Shown: one piece after another, positions 16,064 to 23,149 of the stretch
How the letters are laid out: each line of letters begins with the position of its first letter
Position numbering within the stretch: position 1 is the first letter of the stretch
Assembly (NCBI GenBank): GCA_031283585.1
Contig: JAITBP010000011.1
Location: 30,001 to 62,000 of the forward strand
Direction of reading: 5' to 3'
Length of the DNA: 32,000 bases
Source of the DNA: Puniceicoccales bacterium
GTDB taxonomy: Bacteria > Verrucomicrobiota > Verrucomicrobiia > Opitutales > LL51
Translations under genes and position numbers: made by a program
The notes under the pieces: model-generated
Told to the model about the DNA's origin: nothing
Databases searched by the model: none
What the model saw: only the letters and a program-made list of their open reading frames with translations

Positions 16064-16627
16064 TCAAACTCTCCCGAGGTATTTACATTCATTGGTGCTG
16101 ATTCGGATGATGTCACCATCTTTCACAAACAAAGGTACCTGTACCACCAACCCACTTTCCATCGTGGCAGGTTTTTGGGCACTGGAGACCGAATCGCCGC
16201 GTAGGCCTTCGGGGGAGCTGACAACCTTCATCTCCACCGAGGCGGGCAATTGTATTTGAACTGCTTTGTCATCAACAAATAATATATCGTATTCCTGGCC
16301 TTCGATCAGGAATTTTTTCTGCTCTTCAACTGTGGCTTTGGCAAGAACCGTGTATTCGTAGGTTTCAGTATTTAGGAAGTGAAATCCTTCCTGATCTACG
16401 TAGGAAAATTCTAGGGTTTTGGTGGAAACGTGGCAAAACTCAATGTTGTCCGTGGACCGAAATTTTGTGGTTGTTGAGGCGCCTGTGTGAAGATTTCTCA
16501 TGGTTACCTGAACAAAACCAGCCTGACGGCCCTGGGTTCGGTGTAACATCTCCAGAATGAGATGCGGAGCCTCCTGGTATAATAATACACGCCCTTTCCT
16601 TATATCTGTTGGCGAAGCCATGACCAT
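16064..16627 (-). CDS. efp: Translation elongation factor P (Arg at the loop-tip modification position)
   Basis: 187 aa, collinear with E. coli EF-P (FRSTD, KPAT.ESG..V.VPLFV..GD.I...T....Y..RV). The loop KPGKGQA of E. coli is TQGRQAG here. Confidence 0.9.
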   Translation of the reverse strand: MVMASPTDIRKGRVLLYQEAPHLILEMLHRTQGRQAGFVQVTMRNLHTGASTTTKFRSTDNIEFCHVSTKTLEFSYVDQEGFHFLNTETYEYTVLAKATVEEQKKFLIEGQEYDILFVDDKAVQIQLPASVEMKVVSSPEGLRGDSVSSAQKPATMESGLVVQVPLFVKDGDIIRISTNECKYLGRV

Positions 16628-16689
16628 ATAAATATTTATAACTGTTTGAAATCAAGCAGAAACTACATGGGCTGGTTGCCCGATTATCA

Positions 16690-16716
16690 TTGCAAAATTA
16701 ATTTCACATTTAGATT
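16690..16716 (+). promoter_or_regulatory. Possible promoter for lepA (TTGCAA-15 nt-TAGATT)
   Basis: TTGCAA at 16690-16695 and TAGATT at 16711-16716, 18 nt before the lepA ATG. The spacer is short (15 nt), so this is weak. Confidence 0.25.
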
Positions 16717-16733
16717 TGCTGGTCAATCTCGGA

Positions 16734-18527
16734 ATGAATGACATAAAATTAATTCGCAATTTTTGTATAATTGCCCATGTGGATCATGGAAAAACCACCC
16801 TATCGGACCGATTATTGGAGCGTACCCACACGGTGCAAAAGAGAGAGATGCAAGATCAATTGCTGGATTCCATGGATCTGGAACGGGAACGTGGGATCAC
16901 CATAAAATGCCATCCGGTGACCATGAAGTACCTGGATGGTACCCGGGAGTACATGTTGAATTTGATAGACACTCCGGGCCATGTGGATTTTTCCTACGAG
17001 GTATCTAGAAGTTTGGCCGCCTGCGAAGGGGCGCTGCTGCTAATCGATGTGAGCCAAGGCATAGAGGCCCAGACGGTGGCAAATGCTAACCTGGCCATGG
17101 CCCAGGGCCTTACCATAATTCCGGTTATAAATAAGATTGATTTGCCAAGCGCTCAGCCAGAACATGTTATTGCACAACTCGAAGATATTTTGGCCATTCC
17201 CAGAGAGGAGGCTATTTTTGCCAGCGCTAAATCTGGCATTGGAATAGATGAGATTTTAAGCAACATTGTCGAGCATATTCCCCATCCCAAAGGCTCGGAA
17301 TATCCAAAAACCAGATGTCTTGTTTTTGATTCAATGTTCGATTCCTACCGTGGAGTCATATGCTACCTGAGGGTATTTTCTGGGGAGATCTCTGAAGGCA
17401 GCGAAGTATTACTGATGGGTAAAATTCAACAAGCCCAGGTCAAGGAGGTTGGTATTTTTTCGCCAAAGATGGTTAGGACCGGAAAGTTGGTGGCTGGGCA
17501 GGTTGGGTATATAGTGACCAGTATAAAATTGGTGACCGATGTGAAAACCGGCGACACTATTACCCTCAGCAAGGATCCGGCCGAAGAGATGCTGCCGGGT
17601 TATAAGGAAGTGCGGCCCATGGTATTCAGCGGCATATATCCCATCGATACTTCGGATTATGAAAAGCTTAAATCTGCCATGGCGAAGTTGCAATTAAATG
17701 ATTCGGCACTGATTTATCAGCCGGAAAATTCGGTTGCCCTTGGCTTTGGATTTCGGTGTGGATTTTTAGGTTTATTACATATGGAAATCGTCCAGGAAAG
17801 GATTCGCCGGGAGTATAATCTTGACGTGATTTCCACCTATCCCAGCGTGGTTTATAGGGTAATGCGAACCGATGGTGTAATGATGGAAGTGGATAATCCA
17901 TTGCATCTTCCAGATCCATCGACCATAGACTACATCCAGGAACCATTGATAATGACCACTATTCATATACCGAGCGAGTCCGTGGGAGACATGCTGGCTC
18001 TGATAACCGAGAAGCGTGGCTCATGCAAGAGGACCGAGACCGTTGATACCGGGAAGTTGATTTTGTGTTGCGAATTACCACTGAGCGAGATACTTGTGGA
18101 TTTTAACGATAGGCTTAAAAGCATTACAAGAGGTTATGGCTCAATGGATTACGAACTTGGTGACTATGTGACCGCCGATCTGGTAAGACTTGATATCCTG
18201 GTTGCCGGCGATCCCATTGATGCATTTTCTTCCATAGTTCATCGGAGTAAATCCGTGGCCCGAGGGCGTGAAATGTGCGAAAAGTTGAAACAAATCCTTC
18301 CGCGACAACTATTTAGCGTTGCGATACAGGCGGCCATAGGTGGTACAATAATTGCCCGGGAGACGTTGAGTGCCATGAGAAAAGATGTGACGGCCAAGTG
18401 CTATGGCGGCGACATTTCAAGGAAGCGGAAGTTGCTAGATAGGCAGAAGGAAGGCAAGAAGCGTATGAAGCAAATTGGCAAGATTTCGATACCGCAAGAT
18501 GCTTTTGTAAAAATACTTAAATCCTAG
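16734..18527 (+). CDS. lepA: Translation elongation factor 4 (LepA)
   Basis: IRNFCIIAHVDHGKTTL, DTPGHVDF, NKIDL, and the LepA-specific C-terminal domain (..RGYGSMDYE..Y....LV.LDIL..G...DA.S...H......RGR....KLK..IPRQ.F...IQA). The ATG at 16734 is preferred over the TTG at 16716. Confidence 0.95.
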   Translation: MNDIKLIRNFCIIAHVDHGKTTLSDRLLERTHTVQKREMQDQLLDSMDLERERGITIKCHPVTMKYLDGTREYMLNLIDTPGHVDFSYEVSRSLAACEGALLLIDVSQGIEAQTVANANLAMAQGLTIIPVINKIDLPSAQPEHVIAQLEDILAIPREEAIFASAKSGIGIDEILSNIVEHIPHPKGSEYPKTRCLVFDSMFDSYRGVICYLRVFSGEISEGSEVLLMGKIQQAQVKEVGIFSPKMVRTGKLVAGQVGYIVTSIKLVTDVKTGDTITLSKDPAEEMLPGYKEVRPMVFSGIYPIDTSDYEKLKSAMAKLQLNDSALIYQPENSVALGFGFRCGFLGLLHMEIVQERIRREYNLDVISTYPSVVYRVMRTDGVMMEVDNPLHLPDPSTIDYIQEPLIMTTIHIPSESVGDMLALITEKRGSCKRTETVDTGKLILCCELPLSEILVDFNDRLKSITRGYGSMDYELGDYVTADLVRLDILVAGDPIDAFSSIVHRSKSVARGREMCEKLKQILPRQLFSVAIQAAIGGTIIARETLSAMRKDVTAKCYGGDISRKRKLLDRQKEGKKRMKQIGKISIPQDAFVKILKS

Positions 18528-19133
18528 ATGTTCGGAACCATACATGTGTTGGATTTTGAGGGTAATCAGGAATTCGGTGTTGTTGAATTTGGCATCGTTA
18601 CCCTGGTTAACCTGGAGATATCTGGTTGTGTAGGAGTCGGATGTAGATCAAAATCCGGGACTTTTATCTCCAGAGATTTCCGAGAGCATTCCAGGATAAA
18701 CAACGAGGCCGACGATGAGGTTGAGTTCAGTGACCATGTTTCGAAGTTCGTTTTGCTGCGTCGGTCAGGTATTTTTTGCGCCCACTCGTCGCAGACCGAA
18801 AAGTCCTTGCTTCGGAGTTACATGCCGACGCCTGGCCTGGTCTTAAGATTTTATGCCAGCGGATTGACCAGTTCCTGGGATCCCTGGATTGATACAAAGT
18901 TGCTGTACCGGAGGTGCTTCCCGAATATCAGGAATTATTCGTTGATGGCATTGATAACCAGGTGTAATTTGCGTTCGGCCTTGGATGAGGTTTCTGGTAA
19001 ATATTGTCCGGTGTATAAATGTAAGCCGCATAACGCTCTATACGATGCTTTGGCTTCGGCGTTACTGTTGATGAACTTCATAAAAATTTCCAAAATTACT
19101 TCGTTGGTTGACTTGGTCGAGATTTGTCTGTGA
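18528..19133 (+). CDS. DnaQ-like DEDDh 3'-5' exonuclease domain protein
   Basis: 201 aa. Exo I VLDFEG, Exo II-like FCAHSSQTEKSLL (Glu where Asp is usual), Exo III HNALYDALASALLL. Its ATG immediately follows the lepA TAG (TAGATG). Confidence 0.65.
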   Translation: MFGTIHVLDFEGNQEFGVVEFGIVTLVNLEISGCVGVGCRSKSGTFISRDFREHSRINNEADDEVEFSDHVSKFVLLRRSGIFCAHSSQTEKSLLRSYMPTPGLVLRFYASGLTSSWDPWIDTKLLYRRCFPNIRNYSLMALITRCNLRSALDEVSGKYCPVYKCKPHNALYDALASALLLMNFIKISKITSLVDLVEICL

Positions 19134-19141
19134 TTTGAACC

Positions 19142-20359
19142 ATGAATCCTTCGCGAGATTTTGTTCCGGTACCGTTCGGTTATCACCAGGAGCTGGACCT
19201 GGTTATAGATAACATCACCAACCTAGGGCTGGGCGTTGGTCGGCTGGATGGCTGGGTGGTGATGGTCCCTGGAGTGGTTATAGGAGAAGAAGTTAGGCTG
19301 AGAATTTTTAGAAATCATAGGAATTATTCCGAGGCAGATTTGGTCCAGGTTATCAGACCGGCCAGGGAGCGTGTTTTGCCCAGGTGTCCGTTGTTTGGTC
19401 AATGTGGAGGTTGCCAGTATCAGCATATGAATTACGAAACGCAGCTGAGCCTAAAGACCAAGCAGGTCTGCGAATTATTCAGGAAGTTAGCCGGTGTTGA
19501 GGTGGTTGTAAATCCCATGGTTCCGTCGTCGAGAACATATAATTATAGATCAAAAATAACACCGCACTTCGAAAGACCTAGAAATGGCAAATGTAACCTG
19601 GGGTTTCTGAAATTTGGCAGTCGGCATAGTATCGTCGATGTGGACGCCTGTCCTATTGCCACCGAAGGAATTAATGCAGCCATTGGGCCGATGAAAGAAG
19701 CGGTTTTGGCAAAGGCAAAGACAAAAAATCACAAAAATGGTGGTACACTTTTGCTGAGAGAAGTGGCTGGACAGATTACGTCGGATAACAACGAGATCGT
19801 TATGGAACGGGTTGGCCTCCATAGATTTTATTTCAAAGCCGGTGAATTTTTTCAAAACAATCCCTATATTTTGCCAGAATTTGTAGAATTTATACTGACA
19901 AAGGCTGCCGGCAATGGGGCAGAGGTTCTCTTGGATGTGTACTGTGGTGTCGGATTGTTTGGCATCTGTGGAAGCAGTAGATTTGAGAAGGTGATCGGTA
20001 TAGAAATAAATGAAGACGCAATAAAATTGGCCCGGAGAAATGCCGAGGAAAATCGAGTTACAAATGTGGATTTTGTCGTCGGTGATGCGGAGAAAATTTT
20101 TGAAACCGTTGGTTTTTCTGGCAAAACCTCTTCGGTGATTTTGGATCCACCGCGCAGCGGTTGTAGCCGCGGTTTTATTAACCAGTTGATTGCCTTTAGG
20201 CCAGGTAATATAGTCTACGTTTCCTGTGCTCCGGATAGCCAGGCCCGTGATATCCATCTGCTTCTGCAAGAAGGATATGCAATCACTGAAGTTCAGCCGT
20301 TTGATCTGTTTCCTCAGACCAGGCACATCGAGAATGTGGTTCTACTTAGGTTAGTCTGA
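19142..20359 (+). CDS. rlmD: RlmD/RumA-family 23S rRNA (uracil-C5)-methyltransferase (TRAM domain + Fe-S cluster)
   Basis: 405 aa. TRAM-like N-terminus (GLGVGRLDGWVVMVPGVVIGEEV), Cys cluster CPLFGQCGGCQYQH plus a later C, SAM motif LLDVYCGVGLFG, DPPRSG, and catalytic-Cys motif YVSCAP. Confidence 0.8.
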   Translation: MNPSRDFVPVPFGYHQELDLVIDNITNLGLGVGRLDGWVVMVPGVVIGEEVRLRIFRNHRNYSEADLVQVIRPARERVLPRCPLFGQCGGCQYQHMNYETQLSLKTKQVCELFRKLAGVEVVVNPMVPSSRTYNYRSKITPHFERPRNGKCNLGFLKFGSRHSIVDVDACPIATEGINAAIGPMKEAVLAKAKTKNHKNGGTLLLREVAGQITSDNNEIVMERVGLHRFYFKAGEFFQNNPYILPEFVEFILTKAAGNGAEVLLDVYCGVGLFGICGSSRFEKVIGIEINEDAIKLARRNAEENRVTNVDFVVGDAEKIFETVGFSGKTSSVILDPPRSGCSRGFINQLIAFRPGNIVYVSCAPDSQARDIHLLLQEGYAITEVQPFDLFPQTRHIENVVLLRLV

Positions 20360-20386
20360 GATTTATCTATGCCGGGTGATTGGATA

Positions 20387-20415
20387 TTGACTGGCTAGGT
20401 TTCATCCTTATCAAT
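20387..20415 (+). promoter_or_regulatory. Putative promoter for fabG (TTGACT-16/17 nt-TATCAAT)
   Basis: TTGACT at 20387-20392 and TATCAAT at 20409-20415. The fabG ATG at 20424 is only 9 nt past the -10 element and has no Shine-Dalgarno motif. Confidence 0.35.
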
Positions 20416-20423
20416 GCAAATAC

Positions 20424-21173
20424 ATGTCAAGTTTGGCTTTTGCAGGTCGTGTTGCTGTGGTTACAGGTGCCAGTAGGGGAATAGGCGAAGGTATTGCCAG
20501 GGCTTTGGCTCGTGGTGGTGCCCACGTTGTATGTGTAAGCCGTTCTATGGCAAACTGTTCGAAAGTCTCGGATGAGATCATCGCCCTGGGAGGATCGGCC
20601 GAGGCTATGGCGGTGGATGTTTCAGATTCGGTTGAAGTGGAGAAAGCTTGTGGTATTTTGTTGGAAAAACATCCGGCGGCGGATATTCTTGTAAACAATG
20701 CCGGAATAATAAAGGATGCCATACTTATGCGGATGTCCTATGGGGATTGGGATGATGTGATTCGGACCAATTTGAGCAGTTGTTTTTTCTGGCTGAAGAA
20801 CTTGATGAGGCCTATGGTTCAAAGGCGTTGGGGTAGAATAGTCAACATGTCGTCGATTGTAGGTAAAATTGGGAATTTTGGCCAGGCTAACTACGCTGCG
20901 GCCAAGGCTGGTCTGATTGGGTTAACAAAGTCAGCAGCAAAGGAAGTTGCATCCCGAGGTATATGCGTAAATGCAATAGCTCCAGGGTTTATAAGCACAG
21001 ATATGACAGCCAGGTTGGATCAAAAATCCATCGATGACCTGGCTAGATTTATCCCGATGAAGCGTTTGGGTTCTGTGGAAGATGTGGTTCCGCTGGCGAC
21101 ATTTTTATGTTCCGAGGAGGCCAGGTATATCACGGGTCAGATTTTCACCGTTGACGGAGGTATGACCATGTGA
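20424..21173 (+). CDS. fabG: 3-oxoacyl-[acyl-carrier-protein] reductase (SDR family)
   Basis: 249 aa. GRVAVVTGASRGIG, NNAG, the S...YAAAKAG catalytic triad region, and C-terminal ITGQ.F.VDGGM. A classical FabG layout. Confidence 0.8.
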   Translation: MSSLAFAGRVAVVTGASRGIGEGIARALARGGAHVVCVSRSMANCSKVSDEIIALGGSAEAMAVDVSDSVEVEKACGILLEKHPAADILVNNAGIIKDAILMRMSYGDWDDVIRTNLSSCFFWLKNLMRPMVQRRWGRIVNMSSIVGKIGNFGQANYAAAKAGLIGLTKSAAKEVASRGICVNAIAPGFISTDMTARLDQKSIDDLARFIPMKRLGSVEDVVPLATFLCSEEARYITGQIFTVDGGMTM

Positions 21174-21242
21174 TTTTTTAGTGTTACGCCGGTGCGCACA
21201 GGCCCGGGACAAGTGCTGTAATGGACTGTAGTTGAAGTAGTT

Positions 21243-22061
21243 ATGAAGTCAAAAAGTAAAAAAAATTGGTTACTATATATTTCTTTTTTTTATATTATTG
21301 GTGCGGTGTTGGTGTGTTTTTGTGGCCAGCGCTTTTTGAAATATACCTATTTTATGCAGGATTTAGACCTGGGCGCTGTTGCCCCCTGTGCGGAACATTT
21401 GTTTGGCACGGATATCTATGGACGTGATATGCTTAGTAGACTTTTGTATGGTGGCAAAATCTCACTGACCGTTGGCAGTTGTGTTACGTTGGTTGCCATG
21501 ATCTTTGGCACATTTTACGGAATTGTCTCTGGCTATGCCGGCGGTATGGTCGATTTAATGATGATGAGATTTGTGGATGTACTCTATCCAATCCCATTGA
21601 TTCTGTTAGTGATATTGTTCATGGTGTTTTTTGGCAAAGGCTATTTTATATTGTTTCTGGCCATGGTATTTGTTGAATGGTTGACTCCGGCAAGGGTCAT
21701 AAGATCCGAGGTCATGTTACTGAAGGAAACTGGCTTTGTATTAGCAGCTAAATGTTTAGGCCAGAGCAGATTAGGCGTTATACGTAAGCATATTTTCCCA
21801 AATCTAGTTGGCCTGATAGGATCCTATGCGGCCCTGATGTTGCCAAGTGTCATACTGATGGAATCTTTTTTGAGTTTCATCGGTGTCGGGGTCCAGGCTC
21901 CGAGGAGTTCGATTGGACTGCTAATAGCCGATGGGACTCGCTATATGGATTCCTATCCCTGGCTGCTGACCATTCCCTGCCTGCTGTTTGTTTTTATGTT
22001 ATTGTCGCTCAACATCATAGCAGAATCTATCAGTGCTAAAAGGTATAGATTATTTGTCTGA
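21243..22061 (+). CDS. ABC transporter permease, OppC/DppC (peptide/nickel) family
   Basis: 272 aa. HLFGTDIYGRDMLSRLLYGGKISL, six hydrophobic helices, and an EAA-like loop (AAKCLGQSRLGVIRKHIFPN). No partner permease, ATPase or binding-protein gene lies adjacent. Confidence 0.8.
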   Translation: MKSKSKKNWLLYISFFYIIGAVLVCFCGQRFLKYTYFMQDLDLGAVAPCAEHLFGTDIYGRDMLSRLLYGGKISLTVGSCVTLVAMIFGTFYGIVSGYAGGMVDLMMMRFVDVLYPIPLILLVILFMVFFGKGYFILFLAMVFVEWLTPARVIRSEVMLLKETGFVLAAKCLGQSRLGVIRKHIFPNLVGLIGSYAALMLPSVILMESFLSFIGVGVQAPRSSIGLLIADGTRYMDSYPWLLTIPCLLFVFMLLSLNIIAESISAKRYRLFV

Positions 22062-22264
22062 CCGGTTGATTTTATGGTCCTGTGCAATGGTAATCTGCCA
22101 GGCATTAAACCCTGGGGTTAGATTTTGATTTTTTTGCCAAAGTAGTTGTGTTTCAATGTCTTCAATTTCATTTTTGGGTTTTAGAATGCTAACCTGGGTT
22201 ACTAGCGGTGGCCCCGAACCGGTCTATTAATATGTTTAGCTGGCTAGGATAGTTGAAATGGTTG

Positions 22265-22292
22265 TTGACAGCCGAAGAGAGAGATATAGATT
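22265..22292 (+). promoter_or_regulatory. Putative sigma70-type promoter for the tRNA Lys-Thr-Thr cluster (TTGACA-16 nt-TAGATT)
   Basis: Perfect TTGACA at 22265-22270, a 16-nt spacer, and TAGATT at 22287-22292, 21 nt before tRNA-Lys. Confidence 0.4.
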
Positions 22293-22312
22293 GCGGCGAG
22301 TTTTAGTTGATT

Positions 22313-22387
22313 GGGCTGGTAGCTCAATGGTAGAGCAGTGGCCTTTTAAGCCATTGGTTCTGGGTTCGAATCCCAGTCGGCCCACCA
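22313..22387 (+). tRNA. tRNA-Lys (anticodon TTT), CCA encoded
   Basis: Acceptor GGGCTGG/TCGGCCC, D arm GCTC-AATGGTA-GAGC, anticodon arm GTGGC-CTTTTAA-GCCAT, T arm CTGGG-TTCGAAT-CCCAG, then A+CCA. Confidence 0.9.
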
Positions 22388-22407
22388 ATCGATCAATGGC
22401 CTATTGT

Positions 22408-22483
22408 GCCGACTTAGCTCAGCTGGTAGAGCACCCGCCTTGTAAGCGGACGGTCGTCAGTTCAAATCTGACAGTCGGCTCCA
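22408..22483 (+). tRNA. tRNA-Thr (anticodon TGT), CCA encoded
   Basis: Acceptor GCCGACT/AGTCGGC, D arm GCTC-AGCTGGTA-GAGC, anticodon loop CTTGTAA, T arm GTCAG-TTCAAAT-CTGAC, then T+CCA. Confidence 0.9.
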
Positions 22484-22489
22484 GGGGTT

Positions 22490-22565
22490 GCCGGGATAGC
22501 TCAGCTGGTAGAGCAACGCATTCGTAATGCGTGGGTCGTGAGTTCGAATCTCATTCCCGGCTCCA
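22490..22565 (+). tRNA. tRNA-Thr (anticodon CGT), CCA encoded
   Basis: Acceptor GCCGGGA/TCCCGGC, D arm GCTC-AGCTGGTA-GAGC, anticodon arm ACGCA-TTCGTAA-TGCGT, T arm GTGAG-TTCGAAT-CTCAT, then T+CCA. Starts 6 nt after the previous tRNA. Confidence 0.9.
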
Positions 22566-22641
22566 TTTGCCCGGAAGTTGATCCTACTGACTAGGTCTGA
22601 TTGATTTGTTTAGTAACCTCGAGATATTTTATTTTTAATCC

Positions 22642-23055
22642 ATGTTAATAAGTACCATAAGGTCACTGGTTAGGCCATACATACCAGCAAAGCTGACCGA
22701 TGCGATGCAAATCGGCCAGGTGGGTGAAATTGCTGCCCAGAGGTATCTGAAAAAAATCGGCTACAGGATACTAAAAACCAATTGGCGTCACAGGAACTAT
22801 GAGATCGATATCGTAGCTCTGAATGCTGAAATCCTTGTCTTTGTTGAGGTTAGGACGAGAAACCTGGATGCACTGGTAAGTGGCTATGATTCGATCACAA
22901 AAAAGAAACGAGAATCATTGAAGACCGTATTTAATGCCTACCTGGCAAAAGTTGGCCATGTAAAGCACTACAGATTTGACGTCATCGAGGTCACATCGAA
23001 TGGAACCGACAACACCCAAGAGCTCAGACACTTCGAAAATATTCCACTCTGGTAG
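22642..23055 (+). CDS. yraN: YraN-family (UPF0102) endonuclease-like protein
   Basis: 137 aa. G..GE..A..YL...GY.IL..NWR....EIDIVA......VFVEVRTR..........I...K.......A..YL........RFDVIEV, the YraN PD-(D/E)xK-like signature. Confidence 0.75.
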   Translation: MLISTIRSLVRPYIPAKLTDAMQIGQVGEIAAQRYLKKIGYRILKTNWRHRNYEIDIVALNAEILVFVEVRTRNLDALVSGYDSITKKKRESLKTVFNAYLAKVGHVKHYRFDVIEVTSNGTDNTQELRHFENIPLW

Positions 23056-23089
23056 CAAACAAGCTTGCCTCTGAAATTACATAAATTCA

Positions 23090-23117
23090 TTGCTAATACG
23101 GCTAAATTTCCTAAAAT
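23090..23117 (+). promoter_or_regulatory. Putative promoter of paralogue 1 (TTGCTA-16 nt-TAAAAT), inside a motif shared with paralogue 2
   Basis: TTGCTA at 23090-23095, a 16-nt spacer, and TAAAAT at 23112-23117. The -35 hexamer is the 3' part of the 17-nt block CATAAATTCATTGCTAA (23080-23096), which recurs at 24884-24900. Confidence 0.4.
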
Positions 23118-23149
23118 CTAACGCATTTTAGGGTTGGACTAAATGTATT

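Noticed and set aside
19550-20326. A 258-aa ORF on the minus strand, antisense to the rlmD-like gene. Similar long antisense ORFs are 1209..1757, 7795..8322, 11949..12428, 14404..14883 and 15175..15768.
   Set aside because: In every case the opposite strand carries a gene with clear family motifs across the full length. The antisense products are low-complexity, have no recognisable motifs, and lack independent start contexts. These look like frames left open by the codon bias of the real gene.
22098-22140. A hairpin CCAGG-cattaaac-CCTGG followed by a T-rich stretch after the oppC-like gene. Also small hairpins at 26710-26750 and the palindrome TTAAATATTTAA at 24801-24812.
   Set aside because: The stems are only 5 bp (or pure AT), and the T-tracts are not adjacent to the stems. 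They are too weak to call intrinsic terminators without energy calculations or 3'-end data.
22258-22527. An 89-aa ORF spanning the tRNA Lys-Thr-Thr cluster.
   Set aside because: It is entirely explained by three well-folding tRNA genes. The 'protein' is a translation of tRNA sequence.
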